This document shows positions 24,523-35,534 of a DNA stretch of 42,313 bases, piece by piece. The position numbers and the translations under genes were made by a program. Position 1 is the stretch's first letter, and every line of letters begins with the position of its first letter. Source of the DNA: Octopus bimaculoides (Eukaryota). The notes under the pieces were generated by a model that made no database searches, was not told the DNA's origin, and saw only the letters and a list, made by a program, of their open reading frames with translations. Location: assembly GCF_001194135.2 (NCBI RefSeq), contig NC_068981.1:89840755-89883067 (forward strand), written 5' to 3'.

Positions 24523-24791
24523 TATAGGATTGAGGTTACTCCTCCAGAAAATATAGAAACGAAAACAAAAAATGAAGAGTGCCATTGTTATCAAATGAAC
24601 GATATTTCGAAATCTCGTGTGAGTTCCACAGATTCAAAAAATAAACTTGTGAATCTATACTTTCTTGGAGAGTAACCTCAATCTTATAAATATTACCGAA
24701 ATGAAATAGATTGACAAGTTTATTTTTTTGAACTTGTGGAAGATATACAAGATGTCGAAATATCGCTCACTTGATAACAATGGCACTCTTC
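24523..24791. repeat. Two interlocked inverted repeats (A-B-A'-B')
   Basis: A 24523-24556 pairs with A' 24655-24688. B 24574-24658 pairs with B' 24706-24791 (GAAGAGTGCCATTGTTATCAA/TTGATAACAATGGCACTCTTC is perfect). Confidence 0.9.
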
Positions 24792-24800
24792 TGTTTTGCT

Positions 24801-25815
24801 TATAATAATAATAATAGTATTAATAATAATAATAATAATAATAAGGCACACACTTACAGTAGGCCCGTTCACGCGGGCCATTCTTGCCACATTCACCCAC
24901 CTTTCAACAAACTTACTGGATGACAGTACCTCATTCTCCAGCCTCAATTTCCTTTTCAGGTGGAACATGGAAAAGCCAATGAAGCCTTGGCTAAAGAGGA
25001 AGGCACCCGTCTTTTGCCATAGCCACCAGACAGGGAAAAATTCCCTCCCTTCCCGGCTAAAGGAAGGAGGTGGGTGATCTTCACAATGTACTCGGATGGT
25101 AGCCGGATTCGTCCTACACGTGACAATAACTGTTCGACAAAGCTCCACCAGTCAGCAATGCGCGGATACTGTACAAGAACACGCAGAACGGTTTGATCGC
25201 TCCGCGTGCTTCTCCGGCAAGCCCGACTGACTGCACGCCAATGCCTGTAGCTTATCTCGGACTGGCAGTGCCCCTCCCCGGTAGCACAGCCATGCCAGGA
25301 ATTTCTGGAAGTTATCTATAGTTCTCGGGTCGAAAGTCCACCGGAAGAGACCAGCTACTTGATCCCGCTCGACACGCAGGACCTCTCCGAGTATATCGCC
25401 GCTGTTGCCCTCCACTAATCCCCTATAGAACTCCAAGGTGGAACTTCCACCGACTACATTGCCCGACTCGCCAAGGGCTGAGAGCGCTTGGAGACACTTT
25501 AGGTGCCAAGCGCCCTACCTCGATCTACGCTTGATCCAAGACTGTAGCTCTGTCAAGGAGACGAGCTGTGGAAAAGCGAGTTCGAAAAGCGGCGACCACC
25601 CCCGCTCACCGTGAAGGTATCGCTGGAGATGTCGCAGCCTCAGCGCATGTCTGCGCATTCTCAGCCACGGCGTGCCCAGTCCTCCACGGAACTGACAGCA
25701 AATGGACCATCTGACAAGCTGACCATCAGGAAGCGGAGAAGCAAACGCACCAGCCCGTTCAACCACGACAGTCAGGCGGTAGTATATGACGGATGCGATA
25801 TACACATTCACCAGT
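24801..25815 (-). mobile_element. 5'-truncated Tx1-clade LINE (post-RT region, zf-RVT-like domain, (ATT)n tail), frameshifted
   Basis: YIASVIYYRL, SICCQ..GGLG.PWLRMRRHALRL, DNFQKFLAWLCYRG(G)ALPVRDKL and FHLKRKLRLE..FVERWVNVARM; GC-rich relative to its flanks. Confidence 0.85.
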
Positions 25816-26764
25816 AATATTAATAATAGACAAAGAGTGTAAGATCATAGATCTTGCAATTTTTTTTATGATAGCAGAGTTGATACCTGAAACTGAAAAG
25901 AATTGAGAAACATTAGGATCTAGCCAAAGAGCTGAGGAGACTGTGGAAGATTAAGACAGCAATTATTTCTCTGCTGATTGGTGCACATAGCACGACACCC
26001 AAAAAGATACATAAAAGACTGAAATTGAAAATCAAATTGTCGACCTTCAGAAAAGTACCATAGTATATTCTGCAAGAATCCTAAGGAAAATACTCGAAAC
26101 TTGAGGAGACTTTTTGTCACGTAACCTCAAGATAAAATACTTCATAGCTAAATTAGCATGAACTAGCGTAATGATGATAATAATAATTTCTTTTACTTTT
26201 ACTTGTTTCAGTCATTTGACTGTGGCCTTGCTGGAGCACTACATTTTCCTTGTGGGGCGCTTGAAAGCTTCGAGTAATGTGTATTGTGTAGTGTTTTTCG
26301 AGGCATATAGGCAAAGCAAACTCAAGCATAGTTCGCAGCTTCATAATTTCTAGCTACACCGCAGACAAAACTTCCTCAGTTCTAGATCATTGTTACCGAT
26401 TGTTGATGGGTAGTGGCTCGGCCGATATATTACACTATTCGTCAATAATATTCAGATATTAATTCAGTTAGGAATTATGTGTATCTTATCAACCAGATCC
26501 TTGCAATAATTAAAAGGAAAAAAAAAACGCAAAGTCGACGTAGTTGCTGATCTGTCTGATCAAGTTATGTAAGTATACATTGTTGATATTCTCTTGTATT
26601 ATTATATTAGTTTCAATTATTCGACCAAGACCTTGAACAGTATTAGTCGATTACATAGACCTAAATAATTTATCCTGTAGTTATTTCATCCTTCACGCGA
26701 GACATGAAATGCAAAGAGAACATTGATAAAAAAAAAAGTGCGAAACTAGATTAGTCATACATAC

Positions 26765-28140
26765 ATTTATTTGATCTAACCTTAGGCTTGACAGCAAAAT
26801 TCACCTTGGCACGCAAAAGCCTATGGTCAGTCCAGCACTTTGCATCACGCATCACTCGTGCAATAGCAAAGTCCCTAGTATCTCGTTTCCTGGTGAGGAT
26901 GTAATCAATAAGATGCCATTCTTAGAATCAGGATGCATCCATGTAGTTTTATACTTATTCTTTAGTTGAAACATTGTATTCGTGACACACAAGTCCAACT
27001 CTACGCACATTTGTAACAGTAGTAAACTATTATTGCTGGAACGCCCAATCCCATGCTTTCTTAACACACCCCAAGTTTCCGAATCTGCACCAACGCGAGC
27101 ATTAAAATCAACTAAAATCAACTTTGTCATCATGGGGAATACTGTGTATAATCTTTGTAAGTGATAGATCAAAGGCAAGTTTACAGTTTTATATTTAAGA
27201 GATGGGGAATTATGTACATTATTTACATTTGACGGATATTTGCCATCTTGTTTGTTGTTAACATCCTCTGATGAATTCATAGTTGGAACATATGCACTTA
27301 TAAGTGTTGCATAGTGACCTTTTCTTAATGGAAGTTTTAAATACATCAAACGATCAGAATGAACACATGGTATTTACTCAAGTTTTTAAACCAGAGTGGT
27401 TTTGATTGCAAATCCCACTCCTGGTTCTCTCTTATAGGTCTCCTCTCTATCGCTCCAAAATAAATGAAACCCAGCAGATCTCTCTACGAAATTCCCCCTT
27501 CCATGAAATCTTGTTTCGACTAACGCTACAACATCCATATCATATTGCTGTAACTCTTTTGCAACAAGCGTGGATCTTTTCTCCGGACGAGATTTCAGAC
27601 AATCATTGTCTAATAACGTTCGAACATTCCAATATCCTATATTCATAGGCTTGCATCTTAACCTGAATTTACGCACAGTTGCAGGATGACGTCCGGATCC
27701 AGGCTGTGGTGCCCTGGGATACCTACCGGACCAGACCACAGAACAAAATGTTCCAGAGCACTTTTTGCCATTTGCTTCAGCGTCAATATCCACTTTCATT
27801 GTTTAGTTTGCCTTTTTAAGCTTCAGCCAGCCATGTACATACAAGATGTCCATTTCTTTTTCCTCTCCAGCAATACCTGTGCTTGACACTTTTTATAGTG
27901 AGGAAAAGTTTTGCACAGCAACCATTCCCACTCTCTAAACTAGAAAGTATGATCCAAAAAGTAGAGCAAGTTGACATCCTCGGGTGCATTTGAAGTTGCA
28001 GGTTTTATATCTGAGAGTCCTTCTCTCAGTATTTGCCCAACCAAAGGCTATCTACAAGACAGCAGTGAAGTATTTAAATTCAGAGTTATTTTCTCCTAGA
28101 TAGACTGCCTTTGCCATGGCTTGGGAAAACAGAGGAGTTC
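26765..28140 (-). mobile_element. BovB-like RTE LINE 5' portion: 5' UTR plus degenerate APE endonuclease; RT absent
   Basis: NIGYWNVRTLLD, RPEKRSTLVAKEL, VALVETR, GVGFAIK, ATLISAYVPT, DFNARVG, TNTMFQ, KTTWMHP and KCWTDHRLL. UTR motif GGCAGTCTATCTAGGAGAAAATAACTCTGAATTTAAA (28073-28109, reverse). Confidence 0.93.
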
Positions 28141-28404
28141 TATCCACCCATCATCTATTTATTAAGAAAAAAGATTAAAATATAAAAAGAAATTAAAAAT
28201 TAAAAAGTGAGGTAAAATTGACTAAAATTAAGAATAAAATTGATATAAAATATATACAATTTAAAACACAATATACAAAATGCACACACACAGGTTGAAA
28301 TACAATATATATAACATACACACACAGTTTAAAATGCAATATATACAATACACACACACACACACGCACACAAACACCCCATACGCACGTCCACAAACAC
28401 ACGT

Positions 28405-28655
28405 TATTGAATGGCCGTTGACTACGCTGTAGTTCCTCCGCCCTTTGACTGGTCTTATTTTTTCCCGCAGGGTGTCCAACAAGCACCCACCTCACCAAGC
28501 AAGCCTGTACTGGACTACATGGTACCAGTAGCACTCAAGAACGACCTGACATACATACATACATACATACATACATACATGCATACATACATACATACAT
28601 ACATACATACATACATACATACATACATGCATACATACATACATACATACATACA
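28405..28655. repeat. Unclassified interspersed-repeat-like segment (28405-28548) followed by (CATA)n
   Basis: A GC-richer ~140 bp block sharply bounded by low-complexity DNA. I recall it as an octopus repeat but cannot classify it. Confidence 0.4.
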
Positions 28656-29269
28656 AACGAACTATATAGACAGAGATATAAAGTGTATGTTACAATGCTT
28701 TTTACTGCAATACAGTAATCGTTATTAAATATATTCTTATATTCATTTGAATTGCAAATAGTACCTAAGCCGATAGTTTACAATGTGTTCTTTAACTTAT
28801 GGAAGTCTTTGGGGCACACGAATCCAATTAGATTTACCGTCAAAACAAGCTGTTTCTTATCAATAGCTTTCCAAACTTTTAATTTCTTAAGTGCTAAAGC
28901 TAAGATCATTCTCAGAAAGCAAATAGCGAAACACGTGAATAATAAAAGATTATTCTTCAGCGGGCATCTTCTATTGCATTACGTATTAATAGGATATTGT
29001 TGGCAAACAGGGACATATTTGTGAAAGTAACTGTCTGGCCAATTGTTTTTCATTGGCATCAAAGCCTCATATTTACAAAGAAAGAGAAAGGTTGTCAGTT
29101 TTGCGTTCTTTAGTATCTATCTAAGTCATTTGTGACTTAAAGACAGTGAAATACTAACAATCAGAAATAGAATCTATCTCACGGCTCAGTTCGCCAGAAG
29201 CTTATATTTTACTTTGTGTCATTCTTGATGAGCTGAGCTTTGGTACTTTCTAGAACCTGCGATAGAATC

Positions 29270-29390
29270 TGAGGCAGAATGTGCGAAGAATCGGACAAAA
29301 TATCTTTCGGTATATGGTTACGCTTTTTTATGTTTGGATTTAAATACCACGGTGGTTGACTTTGGCTATAATCCATCTAAGTAAAGTATT
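29270..29390 (+). mobile_element. Very degenerate SINE family A copy
   Basis: GGCAGAAT..CGGACAAAAT..GGATTTAAATACCAC..GTTGACTTTG. Confidence 0.4.
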
Positions 29391-29970
29391 TGAGTAAAGT
29401 TTTGTAGCTGTGTCGTTGCAACACGATGAAAGAAGTTTGTTAACGAGGTATCAGAACTTTGTTTGTACTTATAACGTATGGAGTATGTGTATGAATCCGT
29501 ATATATGTGGATTATTATGTTTACTTGTTATTCCGGTACGTGCACAAACAATTGTTTACAATTTCAGTCAGCAGTTCTACGCTGCTTGCCTTTGGCATTA
29601 TAAACTTAAAAACCACATGTAGGCGATCTCTGACGAATCGTAAGAAACACAAAGCCAGTAAGGTCTTCCCTCGTTTCCAGCTATCTAAGCCGATATGATT
29701 CTACCACAGAGAATAATTTTGCCGCGAGACTAAATATATATTTATTAAACATATGGGTGTGACTTTGCATTTTTTCTGGTGTACGCATATCTTTTGCAGA
29801 GCACACACAAATGTGTGTGTATATATATATGAATATATGTGCGTGTATGCATGCATATATATGAATATATATATATGCAAGTATAAATAAATATTTATGT
29901 AAATACATATATAAATAATAAATATGTGTGTATATTTATGTCTGTGTGTGGCATGTGTATGTGTGTGTAG

Positions 29971-30290
29971 GAAAAATTTTATCATCATTAATTGTGACTA
30001 ATGGTGACGAAGCACCTATATTGCAAGAAATAAGAGTTAAAAACTCATAATGTTGCATGAATAGCGCAATACATATACACTGGCAAGGGAGATAACCGCA
30101 CCTATGAGCGACACAAGACTATTCAATCGTTCGCCAGTTTGCCTAAATCGGCCTGTCGGTATATATATATATATTTACCACAAATCATATATTGTGCACT
30201 TCATACAACATTAAGACCTTTTAACTCTTATTTCTTGCAATATGGGTGTTTCGGCAACCCCAGTCATAATTAGTGAGGATAATGTTTTTC
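29971..30290. mobile_element. Foldback / MITE-like element with ~105-bp inverted arms
   Basis: Arms 29971-30076 and 30184-30290, including perfect ATATTGCAAGAAATAAGAGTTAAAA/TTTTAACTCTTATTTCTTGCAATAT. Confidence 0.85.
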
Positions 30291-30376
30291 TTTTATGGCA
30301 TTATACCGCGCCTAACTGTATAAATTAATTGTTATATATGTATGCATATATGCATGTATGTATATATATATATATA

Positions 30377-30656
30377 TATTTATTTATTTATTTATGTGTT
30401 TCAGCCAAGTGGCTGCGGTCATGCTGGTGCACCACCGTGATTTTCACGTTCCCTGCATGGCTCTTCTCCCCCACCTGACATGGTCCAATCAAGAGTTTTG
30501 ATGGCACATCTGGTGTATAAGACAATTTGACACAGCTGCCCTAAACTGCGTCTCATTACGAGCCATTGGTTCGTCTGGTATCGTGGAGAGGAAAGCGTCA
30601 AGTTTTGTCTTGAAGACCTCCGCATCCATGTCTTGCATGTCTCTCAAATGTTTTGG
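30377..30656 (-). mobile_element. CR1/L2-group LINE 3' end (ORF2 C-terminus, 3' UTR, (TAAA)n tail) running into the gap
   Basis: PKHLRDMQDMDAEVFKTKLDAFLSTIPDEP..RAAVSNCLIHQ* (FKxxLDxFLxxIPDEP motif); tail GGTGGTGCACCAGCATGACCGCAGCC..GCTGAAACAC(ATAA)n. Confidence 0.8.
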
Positions 30657-32197
30657 NNNNNNNNNNNNNNNNNNNNNNNNNNNNNNNNNNNNNNNNNNNN
30701 NNNNNNNNNNNNNNNNNNNNNNNNNNNNNNNNNNNNNNNNNNNNNNNNNNNNNNNNNNNNNNNNNNNNNNNNNNNNNNNNNNNNNNNNNNNNNNNNNNNN
30801 NNNNNNNNNNNNNNNNNNNNNNNNNNNNNNNNNNNNNNNNNNNNNNNNNNNNNNNNNNNNNNNNNNNNNNNNNNNNNNNNNNNNNNNNNNNNNNNNNNNN
30901 NNNNNNNNNNNNNNNNNNNNNNNNNNNNNNNNNNNNNNNNNNNNNNNNNNNNNNNNNNNNNNNNNNNNNNNNNNNNNNNNNNNNNNNNNNNNNNNNNNNN
31001 NNNNNNNNNNNNNNNNNNNNNNNNNNNNNNNNNNNNNNNNNNNNNNNNNNNNNNNNNNNNNNNNNNNNNNNNNNNNNNNNNNNNNNNNNNNNNNNNNNNN
31101 NNNNNNNNNNNNNNNNNNNNNNNNNNNNNNNNNNNNNNNNNNNNNNNNNNNNNNNNNNNNNNNNNNNNNNNNNNNNNNNNNNNNNNNNNNNNNNNNNNNN
31201 NNNNNNNNNNNNNNNNNNNNNNNNNNNNNNNNNNNNNNNNNNNNNNNNNNNNNNNNNNNNNNNNNNNNNNNNNNNNNNNNNNNNNNNNNNNNNNNNNNNN
31301 NNNNNNNNNNNNNNNNNNNNNNNNNNNNNNNNNNNNNNNNNNNNNNNNNNNNNNNNNNNNNNNNNNNNNNNNNNNNNNNNNNNNNNNNNNNNNNNNNNNN
31401 NNNNNNNNNNNNNNNNNNNNNNNNNNNNNNNNNNNNNNNNNNNNNNNNNNNNNNNNNNNNNNNNNNNNNNNNNNNNNNNNNNNNNNNNNNNNNNNNNNNN
31501 NNNNNNNNNNNNNNNNNNNNNNNNNNNNNNNNNNNNNNNNNNNNNNNNNNNNNNNNNNNNNNNNNNNNNNNNNNNNNNNNNNNNNNNNNNNNNNNNNNNN
31601 NNNNNNNNNNNNNNNNNNNNTATATATATATGCAAAAATGAATGTATGCATGTTTAAGCATGTATAAATATAGGTGTGTTTGGGTGTGTGCGTATGTGTA
31701 TGTATGCATGTATGCATGTAAGTATGCATATACCTATGCTCTATGCACATTTGTTTGTTTACAAAATGGCGGCATTGATTAATTGCTTGCTTAGTAGATC
31801 GATCTTTAGTTTGATTGATTTTATATGTATGTAACGTCTTAAACTCAGCCATCTATTCACATCTAGTCAAATAACATTATAACAAGAACTTTCTGCAGCT
31901 CTACGTATTTGTTAGATTATTTTTGCTTCTTCCTGCTTCCTCTTCATCTTGAATCGTTTGCCATTCTGGCTTATTTACGATCTTTCATTTTTTTTTTCAT
32001 TTTTTTATTTTATTTCGTTATTTCTATTAATTTTAGTTTTCTTTTCTCTTATTTCACTGTAGTCCTTCCCGAATCTTTTATTGCTTCTCTTACACGTACA
32101 TATATACATGCATATATACATACATATACACACACACTCATACACACACATACATATATGCACATATATACATACATATATACACATATATATATGC

Positions 32198-32232
<35 letters not shown>

Positions 32233-33061
32233 NNNNNNNNNNNNNNNNNNNNNNNNNNNNNNNNNNNNNNNNNNNNNNNNNNNNNNNNNNNNNNNNNNNN
32301 NNNNNNNNNNNNNNNNNNNNNNNNNNNNNNNNNNNNNNNNNNNNNNNNNNNNNNNNNNNNNNNNNNNNNNNNNNNNNNNNNNNNNNNNNNNNNNNNNNNN
32401 NNNNNNNNNNNNNNNNNNNNNNNNNNNNNNNNNNNNNNNNNNNNNNNNNNNNNNNNNNNNNNNNNNNNNNNNNNNNNNNNNNNNNNNNNNNNNNNNNNNN
32501 NNNNNNNNNNNNNNNNNNNNNNNNNNNNNNNNNNNNNNNNNNNNNNNNNNNNNNNNNNNNNNNNNNNNNNNNNNNNNNNNNNNNNNNNNNNNNNNNNNNN
32601 NNNNNNNNNNNNNNNNNNNNNNNNNNNNNNNNNNNNNNNNNNNNNNNNNNNNNNNNNNNNNNNNNNNNNNNNNNNNNNNNNNNNNNNNNNNNNNNNNNNN
32701 NNNNNNNNNNNNNNNNNNNNNNNNNNNNNNNNNNNNNNNNNNNNNNNNNNNNNNNNNNNNNNNNNNNNNNNNNNNNNNNNNNNNNNNNNNNNNNNNNNNN
32801 NNNNNNNNNNNNNNNNNNNNNNNNNNNNNNNNNNNNNNNNNNNNNNNNNNNNNNNNNNNNNNNNNNNNNNNNNNNNNNNNNNNNNNNNNNNNNNNNNNNN
32901 NNNNNNNNNNNNNNNNNNNNNNNNNNNNNNNNNNNNNNNNNNNNNNNNNNNNNNNNNNNNNNNNNNNNNNNNNNNNNNNNNNNNNNNNNNNNNNNNNNNN
33001 NNNNNNNNNNNNNNNNNNNNNNNNNNNNNNNNNNNNNNNNNNNNNNNNNNNNNNNNNNNNN

Positions 33062-33122
33062 ATGTAGAAGAAATCGCCACTAAGCATTTTGTCCGGCGCG
33101 CTAATGATTGAGCCAACTCTCC
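33062..33122 (-). mobile_element. SINE family A head, cut by the gap
   Basis: Reverse complement GAGTTGGCTCAATCATTAGCGCGCCGGACAAAATGCTTAGTGGCGATTTC. Confidence 0.8.
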
Positions 33123-33178
33123 GTTTGGATCTTGCCAAGATAATGCTGATTCTCGATCATAATATCATCAGCAGCAGT

Positions 33179-33262
33179 CATCATCATCATCATCATCATC
33201 ATCGTCGTTGTCGCTGTCGTCGTCGTCGTCGTCGTCGTCATCGTTGTTGTCGTTGTCATCGT
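33179..33262. repeat. Compound (CAT)n-(CGT/TGT)n microsatellite
   Basis: Read directly. Confidence 0.95.
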
Positions 33263-33404
33263 AATGAATATCATTGCTGAAGTTTTGTTTTCGTCATAAC
33301 TCTTGGCATTGTCAGTATAACAATTGCTCCTTTAATATTACAACGGACTCCACATGGATTAATGGAACCATTTGAAAGTCGGAACGATATTTGGCTATAC
33401 ATTC

Positions 33405-33520
33405 AGAGTTTACTTTTCATCCGTTGTGGATCGATAAAATAAAATACCAGTATAATAGTGGGGTTGATAAAATCGGTTAATCGCTTCCCCTCAATTCAGC
33501 TGGCCGTGTGCCTGTGGGCG
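33405..33520 (+). mobile_element. SINE family A 3' half
   Basis: TTTACTTTTCATCC..ATCGATAAAATAAAATACCAG..GGGGTTGATAAAATCG..TGTGCCT. Confidence 0.7.
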
Positions 33521-34093
33521 TTATTACCATCATTGTTTAAATTTTTATTTCGTAATTAAATTGCTACGTGACAACAGATTCGGAGACAAATTTCAGTATC
33601 AATATAACCTATATATANNNNNNNNNNNNNNNNNNNNNNNNNNNNNNNNNNNNNNNNNNNNNNNNNNNNNNNNNNNNNNNNNNNNNNNNNNNNNNNNNNN
33701 NNNNNNNNNNNNNNNNNNNNNNNNNNNNNNNNNNNNNNNNNNNNNNNNNNNNNNNNNNNNNNNNNNNNNNNNNNNNNNNNNNNNNNNNNNNNNNNNNNNN
33801 NNNNNNNNNNNNNNNNNNNNNNNNNNNNNNNNNNNNNNNNNNNNNNNNNNNNNNNNNNNNNNNNNNNNNNNNNNNNNNNNNNNNNNNNNNNNNNNNNNNN
33901 NNNNNNNNNNNNNNNNNNNNNNNNNNNNNNNNNNNNNNNNNNNNNNNNNNNNNNNNNNNNNNNNNNNNNNNNNNNNNNNNNNNNNNNNNNNNNNNNNNNN
34001 NNNNNNNNNNNNNNNNNNNNNNNNNNNNNNNNNNNNNNNNNNNNNNNNNNNNNNNNNNNNNNNNNNNNNNNNNNNNNNNNNNNNNNNNNNNNN

Positions 34094-34132
<39 letters not shown>

Positions 34133-34291
34133 AGATACGAGGCGGGTTCATAATGGTGACTCAAACTAATAGGTATGCATTCTGAGTACTCAAATTAGTG
34201 TGCCACTAAAATTCCAGTTGAACTGCAGTTCAAGATGGGATTCTGTAACTCCTTTCGTAAATCGGCTGGAAGTGGCTTCCCCTTGAGTCAG

Positions 34292-34622
34292 TATGTATAG
34301 ATTAAAGCAGAAAAGGCAAACACCTTGACAAGACTTCCCAAGGCGTTTAATTTAGCTACATAATAAAAGGGTCTAGATAGTCTCTGAGAGCTTTTTCTAG
34401 AATATCCCGGCTATTATCGGAACCTCGATATCAGAGAGAGATAAGTTAACCATACATAACAGTGGAAGAATTTTTGCTCAACACGATGTTCTAATAGCTC
34501 GGATATTCTAGAAACAGCTCTCAGAGACAGTAAACTTTTTTATTATATAGCTAGATTAAATGTCCTTGTCAAGTTTTGTCAAACTGTTTACCTTTTCCTT
34601 TTCTGCTTTAATATATGTATAT
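34292..34622. mobile_element. Foldback / MITE-like element with ~125-135-bp inverted arms
   Basis: Arms 34292-34427 and 34484-34622: ATTAAAGCAGAAAAGG/CCTTTTCTGCTTTAAT and TCTCTGAGAGCT..TTCTAGAATATCC/GGATATTCTAGAA..AGCTCTCAGAGA; TA-rich ends. Confidence 0.85.
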
Positions 34623-35138
34623 AATATAGTAAAAAATATATATATTTTATAGTAAAAACTGCTATTCAGAGTTTCACGTTCCCGTTCGTCAGACAGTTGT
34701 GATCAAGAATGTGAGTAGCAGTTTTTGCCATCTTTAATAAAAAATGCATATTACTCTACCTTCGGTATTCGAGTACTATTTTTTCAAATTTGTTTTGCAT
34801 TTAGCCACTTACTCATGTATATAAATCGTATACATATATAAATATCGTATCATATGTGTGTGTATGTGTGTGCGTGCGTGCGTGTGTGTGTGTATATATA
34901 TCCCATCACATGATACATTTATATGTCTATATACTCAGACATACGTAAATATATATATATAGTGTGTGTATATATATGGTTGCTCGTTTGTGTATGTGTC
35001 TATGTATTGTTGCTAACCTAAAGTCAGTCCTAATGGAGGAGACGAATATTCCAGTGCATTGCATCCATATTTATCTCGTCTCCTGATGAGGAAGTAGGGT
35101 GACTAAGTGATGTAATAATCTTCCCATCGTAGACCTGT

Positions 35139-35203
<65 letters not shown>

Positions 35204-35375
35204 TCGACTGCAGGGTGAAGACCTCAGCATGTTTTCCTCATCAACCTCGGTCTAATATGGAGGCTGTGAATTTGGGCTTTAGGTCAGACTGGTTTGATGA
35301 GCCTATTCTACACCACTCTGTCAAACCGTGTCGGCTTCGCAAAGGGGTGCAGATTTTAAACTCTTACCAATGAGT

Positions 35376-35534
35376 AGTTAAGTCGATTACGTCGGCACCA
35401 GTACCTATTTTATCGATCTCGAAAGGAAGAGAAGCAAAGTCGAATTCGGCAGAATTTGAACTCAGAACACAAGGACGGACGAAATATTGCTATGCATTCC
35501 GCCCAGCGTGCTAATGATTCACCCAGTTCACCGC
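35376..35534 (-). mobile_element. SINE family A copy (reverse)
   Basis: AAGTCGATTAC..ATCGA..GCAAAGTCGA..AATTTGAACTCAGAAC..CGTGCTAATGATTC. Confidence 0.85.

Noticed and set aside
31762-31773. YY1-like motif CAAAATGGCGGC as a promoter
   Set aside because: A single motif with no CpG-rich context or adjacent gene.
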